Assembly (NCBI GenBank): GCA_026397375.1
Contig: JAPLUZ010000022.1
Span: forward strand, 24,234 to 88,233
Origin: Candidatus Aenigmatarchaeota archaeon
Lineage (GTDB): Archaea; Aenigmatarchaeota; Aenigmatarchaeia; GW2011-AR5
Direction of reading: 5' to 3'
DNA: 64,000 bases
Below, piece after piece: positions 9,381 to 18,983 of the stretch. How positions within the stretch are numbered: the first letter of the stretch is position 1; every line of letters starts with the position of its first letter. Made by a program: the position numbers and the translations under genes. The notes beneath the pieces are model-generated. The model was not told the DNA's origin. It made no database searches and saw nothing but the letters and a program-made list of their open reading frames with translations.

Positions 9381-9662
9381 TCAGCCGATGTAATTTTCAT
9401 CGTCTTTTACAGGCTCTGCACTTTCTTCTGCCTGCTGTACAGGCTGCTCAACAACTTGCCCATCCAGTGCTGTTATTTTCTTCTTTCTTATGCGCTCTAC
9501 GGGACCTAGATATTTACTTGTGACCTTTTTGCCCATGCGGATTGATTCATAGTAGTACTTTCTTCCGTTTATTGTTTTCACGTGCCTGTTTGTCATAAGA
9601 ATCAAGTCAAATTTTCCAGTATTTAAGTATTTCTGGAGCGCAACTTCTAAATCAAAACCCAC
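9381..9662 (-). CDS. Hypothetical protein (93 aa) with acidic C-terminal tail
   Basis: ORF only. Confidence 0.25.
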   Translation of the reverse strand: MGFDLEVALQKYLNTGKFDLILMTNRHVKTINGRKYYYESIRMGKKVTSKYLGPVERIRKKKITALDGQVVEQPVQQAEESAEPVKDDENYIG

Positions 9663-9705
9663 AAATTACGACAAGAATTAGTAAAAAAATCAAAAAAAGA
9701 AGTTT

Positions 9706-9894
9706 TTAGATATCTCTTCCCTTAATTGTTGACCTTCTGTTTGCTTTTGATCTTTCAGCTGCGCGGTCAACCAACCTTAAAACTTCCTTGTGCAAGGCAT
9801 CTACGGCATCGCTACCAAGGTTCATTTTTTTCTTCTTTGCATATGCCCTTATCTTGCTTTTTACTACGAAAGAATCTGCCATTTTTATCACCAC
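9706..9894 (-). CDS. Small histone-fold-like DNA-binding protein (putative)
   Basis: 62 aa; LGSDAVDALHKEVLRLVDRAAERSKANRRSTIKGRDI aligns by eye with the alpha2-loop-alpha3 region of archaeal histones (...RKTIKAEDI). Confidence 0.3.
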   Translation of the reverse strand: MVIKMADSFVVKSKIRAYAKKKKMNLGSDAVDALHKEVLRLVDRAAERSKANRRSTIKGRDI

Positions 9895-10002
9895 TCAAAA
9901 TAAGAAAGCCGCTGTAAAATGTGTTTTACGCATTTTATTGCAACTTTCTGATGAGTATTTGAGAAATAAGGATTTAAGCCTTATTTTTGCATTTTACGGC
10001 GA

Positions 10003-11190
10003 TTACAGGAAAGCGTAGAACAATATTGCCGGCAGTATTAGCACACCCATTAGACAGCCACGCTTCACACCAATGAGATTAACAAATATGCCAAAAGCCG
10101 TGCATATGACAAGAATAATTAAACCAAGGGCGCCGGTAAAAACAAATGTCATTACACATATCAGCACTATAACAATTTTGCTTATCAGCGCGTAGTCTAT
10201 TCTCTGGGCAAAATTAAGAAAAGATTTTGTCAATTTTAACGTGAGCAGGGCTGCCACACCGATACAAATTACAAAGACAGACAAAATAAGCAAAAGCTCA
10301 TTGAAGCCTATTTCAGTTATCTGGCTGATTGCAACTGCAAGGCCACTTCTCGACTTACTAATCAGCCAAAGGCAGGCAATGGAGAAAATTGCATTTACCA
10401 TTGTTAGAGAACCAATTGTTATCAAAAAGGATTTTTCATTTTTAGTTATTGATGCCAAGGATGCAAGTTCACTGGACCCAACACCAGGCAGAAAGCCAGC
10501 TACAATGCCAGCCGCTGTGCCTGAAAATACAGACCGGACAACCGTCTTCTTTGATACAAAAAAAGTCCCCCTTTTCTGCTTAGGTATGGACGACCTCTGC
10601 TTCAGCTGCAGAAACATAATGCTAACACCAAAGAAACCGGAAAGAACAGGAAACAGGATTAGCGTCTCATTAACAGGTATTTTGCCAATCAAAAGTCCGA
10701 TCAGGCCAGCCGCAAGAAATACAAACAAGGCAATAAATTTTTTGCTGCCGTCTTCTGTCAAAATCATCAGCAAAGCAATAAAGATCAGAAAAAGATAAAT
10801 GAAGCCTTTTATGGCGGCAAAAACTACAGGAACAATTAATGCAAGAAATGGAAGCAGCAAAAGAAACAGCAAAGCCGATAAAACGCTGCCGGTAACGGCA
10901 AGTTTTACAGCCTCATAACCATGGCCAGACATCAGCATTTTATGCGCAGGCAAGACGGCCATTTCATTTCCCTCGTCTGGCGCACCAAGAAGAAAAGAAG
11001 GAATAAAATCAACAATAGTATTTGTAATGCCCATTGCCACTATGAAAACAATCAGATTTACCACAGGAATGTTAACAGCAAGCAGAAATGGCACAGCGAG
11101 AATTATCATGTTCGGATGAATGCCCGGCAGCAGGCCCATAATTATTCCTGCAAGTATGCCTAGAACCAGGAACAAAAGAATTTCGATCAT
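10003..11190 (-). CDS. TctA-family (DUF112) multi-pass membrane transporter subunit (putative)
   Basis: 395 aa, about 10-12 TM segments with repeated G-LPG-G motifs (GLLPGIHPN, GFLPGVGSSE). Confidence 0.35.
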   Translation of the reverse strand: MIEILLFLVLGILAGIIMGLLPGIHPNMIILAVPFLLAVNIPVVNLIVFIVAMGITNTIVDFIPSFLLGAPDEGNEMAVLPAHKMLMSGHGYEAVKLAVTGSVLSALLFLLLLPFLALIVPVVFAAIKGFIYLFLIFIALLMILTEDGSKKFIALFVFLAAGLIGLLIGKIPVNETLILFPVLSGFFGVSIMFLQLKQRSSIPKQKRGTFFVSKKTVVRSVFSGTAAGIVAGFLPGVGSSELASLASITKNEKSFLITIGSLTMVNAIFSIACLWLISKSRSGLAVAISQITEIGFNELLLILSVFVICIGVAALLTLKLTKSFLNFAQRIDYALISKIVIVLICVMTFVFTGALGLIILVICTAFGIFVNLIGVKRGCLMGVLILPAILFYAFL

Positions 11191-11335
11191 TGCATATTAC
11201 GATTGTGAAAGGATAAATTTTACGGATTCGTGACACAAATCAATTTTCTCAATACACCTTCTTGCATTAAATTTTCAAAATAGCAATTACAGAACCATTA
11301 CTAATCTTTAAATCGGCTGGAAAATAATTATTCCT

Positions 11336-11677
11336 ATGTTCGGAAACCCTGATCCTAAAAAGCTGGAAAAGATGATGAAGAAGCTAAACATGAATATACA
11401 ACAGATAGAAGCAGACGTAGTTGTGATAAAAACAAAAGCCAAAAACATCGTCATTTCCAAGCCGGAAGTAATGCTGACAAACATGATGGGCCGTGACGTG
11501 TACCAGATAACCGGCGAAGTTTCTGAATCCCAACAGGTTAATGAAGAGGACATAAGGATGGTTATGGAGAAAACAGGAAAAGACCGGGATGCGGTTGTAA
11601 GAAAATTAGAGGAATTAAATAACGACCTGGCAAGGGCAATTATCGAGCTAAGGGAAGCCGAAGGCGACAAAAAGTGA
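11336..11677 (+). CDS. nac: Nascent polypeptide-associated complex protein (archaeal NAC alpha)
   Basis: 113 aa; NAC domain plus C-terminal UBA-like segment DRDAVVRKLEELNNDLARAIIEL. Confidence 0.7.
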   Translation: MFGNPDPKKLEKMMKKLNMNIQQIEADVVVIKTKAKNIVISKPEVMLTNMMGRDVYQITGEVSESQQVNEEDIRMVMEKTGKDRDAVVRKLEELNNDLARAIIELREAEGDKK

Positions 11678-11889
11678 AAAAAGAAGATCATAAGGTACTG
11701 AGCGGTTATGCAATATTTCTTGTCGGCCTGGTGTTTTTAATAGAGTCTGTTGTCTTGGCGTATGTAGTGAGCCAGTTACCAGTACAAATAATAGGGCCTA
11801 CGGCCCCGGTAGCCTGGGGATACACTGCAGTAAAGTTTCTCGCTGGTGTAGTAGGCTTATACTACGGGCTGGAAACAATAAGGGCATAA
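11674..11889 (+). CDS. Small two-TM membrane protein, translationally coupled to nac
   Basis: 71 aa hydrophobic ORF; GTG start overlaps the nac stop. Confidence 0.35.
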   Translation: MKKEDHKVLSGYAIFLVGLVFLIESVVLAYVVSQLPVQIIGPTAPVAWGYTAVKFLAGVVGLYYGLETIRA

Positions 11890-11891
11890 TT

Positions 11892-13649
11892 TTATTTCTC
11901 TTTTCTTGTCATGTATTCGATTATTGTACCATAGGCAGGACGGGCTATGAGAACACCAACCAATACGCCCATTATGGTTATGATTGCGAAACCGCGCAGT
12001 GTCGGGAATCCAAACAAAAGGGGCAGCATGGCTGCAATGACGGTGCCGGCTGATCCGAAGACAACAAAGAAGGCGTTCTTTAGTTTCTCCCTCAGGGTCT
12101 CTATTCTTTCCTCTTCTTTTCTAAGGGTACGGTCAAGAATTATTATCTGGCTGTCAACACCGGTTCCGACTGATGCTATTATTCCTGCTATGGCTGCAAG
12201 GTCTATTGTCCAGCCTATAACAACGGAAAATCCAAGAACAATCAGGACTTCGCTCAACGATATGAATAGCATTGGTATTACCAGTTTTGGATGTCTATAG
12301 CGGGCAGAAACAACAATTATAATGCCAAGTATTGCGGCCAAGCCGGCCAGGGCGGCATTCTTCAGGAAACCTATACCAAGCGTAGGAGAAATTGTGTCCA
12401 GCTGCACAATCTGCACACTGGTTGGAAGAGCGCCTGATCTAAGTATAGATTGCAAGCTTGCCCTGGATTTTATTGCACTGTCTTTTGTCGGGGCAGATCC
12501 GCTTATCGATATTTCAGTCTCTGTCCTGCCCTGCAGGGAAGATGCAATGTTCAGGGCGTCTATGTATTTGTCATCCAGATAAAAATATATTAGCTGGTCA
12601 AGATAACCTGTTGCCAGTATTTTTGTATTAGCTGTGATCCAGGCAAATTTCTGCGCACCACCGCTGCTTAGCTGGACGCCGAAGGACCACTTGTAGGTAC
12701 CTCCGGTTACAGGTTCAAGTCGCGATCTCTGGGGGTCAAAAAAGACGGTTTTTATGTCGTCACCGCTGAAAACAGTTGATGTCATGTTCAAATTGTTTGA
12801 AATGGAATTAAGTGAGAAAGGTATGCCGGATAATATGAAATTATTGCCAACGTTAACGGTATTGCCGTCGTAAGATATGGAAGAATTTCCTACTACTATA
12901 TTGTATTTTTTGTCAAGGTTGATAACAGCTTTTCCGTTCTGTACTGGTATTAACAATGATATCTTGGCTTCAAACTTACCCTGCTTTTCTAACAGGTCTT
13001 TAAGTTCGTCTACGGTACCGCCGGCTATGCTTATTTCTACAAAGCCCTTATTTTGATAGTAAACAGGACGAAATATAGATTCCCTCAGGCCATAGACATT
13101 TATCCTCGTCTGTAAAGTGGATATTATCTGTTCTAGAGTAGAATTGCTTGTCGTATTCGGCTCCAGCGTGGCACGCACCCCACCTTTTATATCCAAACCA
13201 AATTTTAGATTATTGTAGGGCGATGGCTCGGCGGTGATGCCCAGCGTGCCATTTAATTTTACAAAGCGCATTCCTTTGCTGGTTTCTATCTTTGTCAGGT
13301 CATAATAGCTCTGCGACAAAACATTTTGGTCAGCATTTATGTCATTTATTTTGTAAATGATATCACCAGCCACTATTCCGGGTATGGTGGCATTCTTGCC
13401 GACTGATGTTACGATAAAGCCTGACGGATTGAGATTCGGTGCTATCAGAATAATTGCAATTAATATGAAAAATAGCCAGAGAAGAATTTTCCAGTTTTTT
13501 ATAAAGTCTCTTGGGAGCACAAGACCAAGAGAAATTACTATTATTATCAGCGAGGCCGTAATTGGGACTACGTTGCTGAAAGATACAGCTAACAAAATAA
13601 TTACGAGGGCTACCCAACCTATAAATTTTGCTTTAGAGCCTATTTTCAT
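11892..13649 (-). CDS. secD: Protein-export membrane protein SecD
   Basis: N-terminal TM, large extracytoplasmic domain, C-terminal TM bundle; follows secF on the same strand; start taken at MKIGSKAKF to avoid a long overlap. Confidence 0.55.
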   Translation of the reverse strand: MKIGSKAKFIGWVALVIILLAVSFSNVVPITASLIIIVISLGLVLPRDFIKNWKILLWLFFILIAIILIAPNLNPSGFIVTSVGKNATIPGIVAGDIIYKINDINADQNVLSQSYYDLTKIETSKGMRFVKLNGTLGITAEPSPYNNLKFGLDIKGGVRATLEPNTTSNSTLEQIISTLQTRINVYGLRESIFRPVYYQNKGFVEISIAGGTVDELKDLLEKQGKFEAKISLLIPVQNGKAVINLDKKYNIVVGNSSISYDGNTVNVGNNFILSGIPFSLNSISNNLNMTSTVFSGDDIKTVFFDPQRSRLEPVTGGTYKWSFGVQLSSGGAQKFAWITANTKILATGYLDQLIYFYLDDKYIDALNIASSLQGRTETEISISGSAPTKDSAIKSRASLQSILRSGALPTSVQIVQLDTISPTLGIGFLKNAALAGLAAILGIIIVVSARYRHPKLVIPMLFISLSEVLIVLGFSVVIGWTIDLAAIAGIIASVGTGVDSQIIILDRTLRKEEERIETLREKLKNAFFVVFGSAGTVIAAMLPLLFGFPTLRGFAIITIMGVLVGVLIARPAYGTIIEYMTRKEK

Positions 13650-14493
13650 TTTTATGCGCCTTTCTTTCCAGCCAAAATCTGAGAAAGCCGGAATTTGTGA
13701 ACCAGGTTGCAGGCATGTCAATGCACAACCCTATAATAAGAACCATGGCAATTTGCTCTATTACAAGAGAGCCAGAGACAAAGTACATTGCCAACAAAGC
13801 GGCCAGTGTGGTCATTGTCATAGTCAATCCGGTTTTCATGGCCTTCTTTACACTTTCACTGTAGTTGTGGCGACCACTTTTCAAAAGTTCGGATGTGAGC
13901 AGTATGTCGGTATCTACAGAGTAGCCTATCAACGTAAGAAGTGCTACAAAAACAGGCAGAGAAAGCGCCACACCAATTAAGCTGATTACGGCTATGGTAC
14001 CAATTATGTCAGTTATAGCCGCGAGCAGGACCGTTGATGCTGGCACAGGCGATCTGAATAAAATAAATACAGTTATTGCCATTAGCACAAAGGCGATTAT
14101 CAAATAGAGCTGGGTCTGCTGGAAGAATATGTTTCCCAAGGACGGGCCGACAATGCGAATGTTTGGCTGGCCCTTATACTGAACAATAGAGCCAAGCTGT
14201 GATATGACTTCTTTTTCATCTTTATCGAAGGGTATTTCTATGATCAGGGACTTTGTTAAACCAGAAGCAATCTTTACACTTGCATAGGGAAAAGCCGCCT
14301 GAACTTTATTCAGATCCACGTCGTTTACCTCGACTGTTATTACTCTTCCACCGCTGAGGTCTGCATCCCTCTTCATGAAGGAACCGGTAGTGACAATATT
14401 GTTTGCAATAACACCTATGGAAAACAGAAGGAATACTATCGTTATCAGCATCAAAAATTTCCAATGCTTATCGATAACATTAAAGATTGCCAT
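13633..14493 (-). CDS. secF: Protein-export membrane protein SecF
   Basis: 286 aa; periplasmic head then 5 TM with LIGYSVDTDILL region typical of SecF. Confidence 0.55.
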   Translation of the reverse strand: MAIFNVIDKHWKFLMLITIVFLLFSIGVIANNIVTTGSFMKRDADLSGGRVITVEVNDVDLNKVQAAFPYASVKIASGLTKSLIIEIPFDKDEKEVISQLGSIVQYKGQPNIRIVGPSLGNIFFQQTQLYLIIAFVLMAITVFILFRSPVPASTVLLAAITDIIGTIAVISLIGVALSLPVFVALLTLIGYSVDTDILLTSELLKSGRHNYSESVKKAMKTGLTMTMTTLAALLAMYFVSGSLVIEQIAMVLIIGLCIDMPATWFTNSGFLRFWLERKAHKNENRL

Positions 14494-14629
14494 ATGTCCA
14501 AAACATTAACACAAACAAACTTAAAATAGATTCCACCCAGAAAAATTACGTTTGTATTCTAATTGCATTACTTATTTTCATAATCCTACAATGAAACACT
14601 TTTTAATAAATTCCAGTGAAACGATAGAA

Positions 14630-15724
14630 ATGCACGATGTTATAATTGTAGGCAGCGGTGTAGCTGGTTCTTATCTGGCATCAAAGCTGCCAAGGAGCCT
14701 GGACACCGTTGTAATAGAAAAAAACAAGGATATAATACCGAAGGACAGTGGCATTGTATCAAAAAGAATAGAGCAGATTCTTGGCAGAGATGCCGAAAAT
14801 TTAGTGGAACATAAAATAGCAAAAATGGATTGCATTTCCCCACTGGGCAATACATTTTCTTTGCGATCGGAGGAGCCGTTTGCCTACATTCTGGAAAGGA
14901 AAAAGTTCGGACTATATTTAAGAAAAAATGCAAAGGAGCGCTGCACCTTTGTAACCGACGGCGTTACTGGCGTGGATTTCTTTGATGATCACGTAAGCGT
15001 AAAAACGGTTTCAGGAGTTTATGACGGAAAAATGGTCATTGGCTGTGATGGAGCGCAATCAACAGTAAGAAAATGCATGGGCATAGAAGGACCAAAAATT
15101 TCGCTGGGAATGATGGTTAAAACAAAGCAGAAATTGCAGGGCGACATAAGCGTTTATTTTAACAAATACTTCTCGCCGGACTTTTTTTCATGGGTAATAC
15201 CACAAACAAATGAGTACGGGCTTATGACTGCTATAAGACCGAGGGAATATTTTCAGTATTTTGTAAGCCGTATGTACCTGCCTAGGGGAGATTTCTACGC
15301 GTACACGATACCTTATACATATACAAAAAGTTACGCTAACCGCGCGTTGCTCATAGGAGATTCCTGCGGCCAGAACAAACCATTAACCGGCGGCGGCATA
15401 ATTTTCTCAATGATGGCAGCAGACCATGCAGCAAAAATAATTGCCGACGCATTTGAAGAAAAAAGGTTTGATCAGCACTTTCTAAGCTTCTACGAAAAAT
15501 ACTGGAAAAAAGATCTGGCGTGGGAAATAGAAAAACAATACCTACTGAGGATGATATACAAGAAACTGACAAATGTGGAGCTGGATGAGATGATCGGTGA
15601 ATTCGGGCCCATTTTATCTTCTTTGAGCGTTTTTGATTATGATAAATTGAGTAAAATGTGGAAGGACCTGCCAAAACTAAAGTTGCTGAAATTTATTTTA
15701 CCAAAAATTTGCAGGGCATTTTAA
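14630..15724 (+). CDS. FAD-dependent geranylgeranyl reductase (digeranylgeranylglycerophospholipid reductase family)
   Basis: MHDVIIVGSGVAGSYLASKL dinucleotide-binding motif at the N-terminus; ORF frame opens at 14552, ATG at 14630 chosen. Confidence 0.65.
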   Translation: MHDVIIVGSGVAGSYLASKLPRSLDTVVIEKNKDIIPKDSGIVSKRIEQILGRDAENLVEHKIAKMDCISPLGNTFSLRSEEPFAYILERKKFGLYLRKNAKERCTFVTDGVTGVDFFDDHVSVKTVSGVYDGKMVIGCDGAQSTVRKCMGIEGPKISLGMMVKTKQKLQGDISVYFNKYFSPDFFSWVIPQTNEYGLMTAIRPREYFQYFVSRMYLPRGDFYAYTIPYTYTKSYANRALLIGDSCGQNKPLTGGGIIFSMMAADHAAKIIADAFEEKRFDQHFLSFYEKYWKKDLAWEIEKQYLLRMIYKKLTNVELDEMIGEFGPILSSLSVFDYDKLSKMWKDLPKLKLLKFILPKICRAF

Positions 15725-15770
15725 TTTTTTGCGATTTTTGAATGTTTAAAAAAGCTATTATCAATCAATA

Positions 15771-17003
15771 ATGAGTCGATTGGCAATGAAGCAAAGGACG
15801 ATAAAATTTTTACAGAAGTATTGGGCATTTTTTGCAATAATTCTAATAGTTGCTTTAGGTACACAAATCAGGCTTTTAGACTACCAATGGTCTTATCTGA
15901 GAAATATAGACTCCTACAATTTTGCAAGGCAGATGGAAGAAATATCGGCAAATGGAGGGCTGCCGGATGTAGATACTTTATCCCTTGCACCTTATGGAGC
16001 TGCAAGAGCAGGGGGCAGCATTGATTTTTACGTATACCTCGGCGCTTACACCTATAATTTTACCAGGCTGTTTATACCAAATTTGTCATGGTTTAATTTT
16101 CTCTTGTGGTTCCCCGCGATCCTTGCTTCGTTAAGCGCAGTGCCAATATATTTCATAGGAAAAACATTTTTTGACAGAAAAGCTGGTGTACTTGCAGCAT
16201 TTTTTCTGATATTTGATCCTTCCATAATATCTCGTACACTCGGCGGGGACCCGGACAGCGATGGCATAGTTCTGATAATGCCACTTATCGCTATGGCAAT
16301 TTTCCTCATCGCTTACAAGTATGCAAATAGCACAAAGAAGTTTGATACAAAATATATTTTGTATACGATATTATCTGGTATAGCAATGGGATTATGGGGG
16401 CTGACCTGGATAGGCTACTGGTATGTGCTCTGGCTTATAACGGGATTCTTGCTGGTGCCTATTATAGCTGAGATAATAAAAAAGAGGAAATTGAGTGCCA
16501 TTGGCAATTTTAAGCATGGCATCATTGTATTTTTTGTAACAATAATAATATTCTTCCTGATAACAATACCAGTTATTGGAACATTTGTTGTTACACAGAC
16601 ATTCTACGGGCCATTCTCCTTTGGCGAGATAAAAAGTGAAGAAAATAACCAGTTCCCCAACGTGTACGTATCTGTCGCCGAGTTACAATCATCAGGTGAT
16701 GTAAAAGATGTAATACAGCGTGCAATCGGAATGAATTTTAGTCAAAATGCGCTGGCAATTATTATTTCGCCGTTCTTTTTGATGATTTATGGTCTTATTT
16801 ACCTCATTTATTCCTACGCCAAAAAGAGGCAGCATTTTGACACGCTGGTATTGCTGCTAATATGGTTTGTCGGGCCTTTCATAGCAACAATCGCTGCTGT
16901 AAGATTTTCCGTTTTGTTTTCGGCACCAATAGCCATAGGAGCTGGAATTTTCCTGGCAAAGCTGCTGAGGATGATAACCGAGGGAGAAAAAATAGAGGAC
17001 TGA
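15771..17003 (+). CDS. aglB: Oligosaccharyltransferase AglB/STT3, N-terminal 12-TM part (split gene)
   Basis: 410 aa polytopic membrane protein; acidic loop motifs (GGDPDSDG, SVAE resembling the SVSE/TIXE motif); ends at TGA 4 nt before the next ORF, which is in a different frame. Confidence 0.55.
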   Translation: MSRLAMKQRTIKFLQKYWAFFAIILIVALGTQIRLLDYQWSYLRNIDSYNFARQMEEISANGGLPDVDTLSLAPYGAARAGGSIDFYVYLGAYTYNFTRLFIPNLSWFNFLLWFPAILASLSAVPIYFIGKTFFDRKAGVLAAFFLIFDPSIISRTLGGDPDSDGIVLIMPLIAMAIFLIAYKYANSTKKFDTKYILYTILSGIAMGLWGLTWIGYWYVLWLITGFLLVPIIAEIIKKRKLSAIGNFKHGIIVFFVTIIIFFLITIPVIGTFVVTQTFYGPFSFGEIKSEENNQFPNVYVSVAELQSSGDVKDVIQRAIGMNFSQNALAIIISPFFLMIYGLIYLIYSYAKKRQHFDTLVLLLIWFVGPFIATIAAVRFSVLFSAPIAIGAGIFLAKLLRMITEGEKIED

Positions 17004-17007
17004 TGAA

Positions 17008-17976
17008 ATGAAATACAAATATATTTATCTTGCAATAGTTTTCATATTCATAGGTTTTTTAATAAATAGTTTCTACATAGCCCCGTCAATAGATATAGTA
17101 AAAGGTGCGGGTCCCGTATTCTCTGAAAACTGGGTAAACTCCATGAACTGGATAAAAAACAATACAGCAGAATGTACAGTAATTGCTACTTATTGGGATC
17201 CAGGCCACTTTATAGCGGAAGTAGCCAGAAGGGCCACGGTTTTTGACGGCGCCCACCAAAATGATCTGTTTACAATAACAAGAGAGGGTAACCTCACGGA
17301 CAGTGAAATATTACAGCTTGCGCCAACAGGAAAATATTCAGTGCAGAAAAAAGAAGTAAATGGCACACTTTACACATTTGTAGCAACCGCCAGGATCCAG
17401 GATATAGGAACGTCACTCTCCACAAGCAACGAGACATTAGCATACGATATTCTAAAACGCTATAACAAACCAGGATGCAAAGAGATGTACTTTTTAGCAA
17501 CTGCGGACCTCATAGGAAAAGCCCACTGGTGGACATATTTTGCATCGTGGAATCCTGTGGACAAGGGAAAGGCTTCTGATTATCTTATGCTTGGACTTAG
17601 CCAGGCAAGACCCGTTGTGCAGCAGAATGCCATAGCCTATACTTTTGCATTTGGCCAGCAGCAGGCCTTTGTTATATACGATAGAAATGACACGCTTTCA
17701 GCGTATTTACAGCAGGGCAATCAGTTTGCCGACATAGAAAAACTGTTTTATTTCAGCAGAAACGGCCAGCCAACCCTTATTCAGAATCAAAATTCTCAGG
17801 TAAAGGGTATGATATGGCTAGATCCTAGCAGGCAAACAATGGTATTTATACCGCCCGAGTTGGAAGACGCAATATTCACACGCATGTTTTTCTTCAACGG
17901 CGCGGGGCTGCAAAAATTTGAATACGTAAACGCGTGGGGCGGAGAAGTTAAGCTATTCAGGATCCAGCTCAGCTGA
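17008..17976 (+). CDS. aglB: Oligosaccharyltransferase AglB/STT3, C-terminal part (TM13 plus soluble domain with WWDYG-like motif)
   Basis: One N-terminal TM helix then ATYWDPGHF (divergent WWDYG) and AYDILKRY (DxxK-like). Confidence 0.55.
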   Translation: MKYKYIYLAIVFIFIGFLINSFYIAPSIDIVKGAGPVFSENWVNSMNWIKNNTAECTVIATYWDPGHFIAEVARRATVFDGAHQNDLFTITREGNLTDSEILQLAPTGKYSVQKKEVNGTLYTFVATARIQDIGTSLSTSNETLAYDILKRYNKPGCKEMYFLATADLIGKAHWWTYFASWNPVDKGKASDYLMLGLSQARPVVQQNAIAYTFAFGQQQAFVIYDRNDTLSAYLQQGNQFADIEKLFYFSRNGQPTLIQNQNSQVKGMIWLDPSRQTMVFIPPELEDAIFTRMFFFNGAGLQKFEYVNAWGGEVKLFRIQLS

Positions 17977-18931
17977 GGAGGGAATTATAGCTGATTCTGA
18001 GTTTCTTTGTGATGTATACAAGCGAGATACCACCCAGAAGATTGAAGTACCATATGGACAGGAATCTGTAGAGCAGCACGCCTGCTATGGCAGTTGAGTA
18101 GTCTATGCCGACGGCGCCCAGGAACAAAGTCATGACAATTTCAGTTGAGCCTATCCCGCCGGGCAGCGCCGTGATGACGCCTATTACCGTGGCAAGAGCA
18201 AAGATGCTTGCGAGGAACAACGGCGACAGGCTTATTCCAAGGGCGAGAAAAACGAGCCAGAGCAGCACGCCTTCTATAAGCCAGGCGGCCAGCGTGACCA
18301 CGAAAGAATAAAACAACCTTTTTCTGGGTATTTTTATTTTTGCAAAGTTTTTCATGAAACCCTCGGATATATTCTTCAGCACAGGCAATTTTTTTACTAT
18401 GCGCAATACCCAGTTCCTTATGCGACGGCTGTAGAGAAAGCCGACGGCAACGATTATTATCAAGATGAATATGAAAGTGCCTGCTAGGCTTATCAGAAAC
18501 AGGGAGGTGTCAATGGTTGTGAAGAAAAACATTGCCACAAAGGACAGGAAAATAAGTGAAATAAGATCAAGAATCCTTTCCCATATAACGGACGGCAAAG
18601 AGGACGACACGGGCTTGCCGGAGTGAAGCTTCAGTATTACGGATTTTATGGGCTCAGCTATCTTGCCAGGCGAGAGGTTGCTTATGGTCACGCCAAGCAG
18701 CTGCACAGGCACGACGGTTGCGAAGGATTCTTTTTCCAGCAGAAGCTGCCACTTCAAGATTCTCAGAACCAGTATGTTAAAGCTTGAGAGCAAAACAGCG
18801 GCTAAAACAAACCGATAGTCACTTTTTGCGAGGAGCTGCGCAAATTTCCCTGGGTCTGCGTACACTATGAGAAGGGCTATGATGAGAACGCTAACGGCCA
18901 ACATTGCCATTTTTATGCGATTTCGCGCCAT
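17969..18931 (-). CDS. Polytopic membrane protein (UPF0104 / lysyl-PG-synthase-TM-like flippase family, putative)
   Basis: About 8 TM, 320-356 aa; start chosen at an internal Met to avoid overlap with the divergent GT2 gene. Confidence 0.3.
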   Translation of the reverse strand: MARNRIKMAMLAVSVLIIALLIVYADPGKFAQLLAKSDYRFVLAAVLLSSFNILVLRILKWQLLLEKESFATVVPVQLLGVTISNLSPGKIAEPIKSVILKLHSGKPVSSSLPSVIWERILDLISLIFLSFVAMFFFTTIDTSLFLISLAGTFIFILIIIVAVGFLYSRRIRNWVLRIVKKLPVLKNISEGFMKNFAKIKIPRKRLFYSFVVTLAAWLIEGVLLWLVFLALGISLSPLFLASIFALATVIGVITALPGGIGSTEIVMTLFLGAVGIDYSTAIAGVLLYRFLSIWYFNLLGGISLVYITKKLRISYNSLLS

Positions 18932-18983
18932 AGTACCTAGATAATAAAGTATCAATAAAAAGCCATCGTTCAATAGTGATAAA

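Noticed and set aside
9895-10002. Short hairpins (gtaaaa/ttttac and aaaatg/catttt) downstream of the TctA-like gene
   Set aside because: Six-bp stems in AT-rich DNA are expected by chance; likely just a terminator/promoter spacer, not a riboswitch or structured RNA
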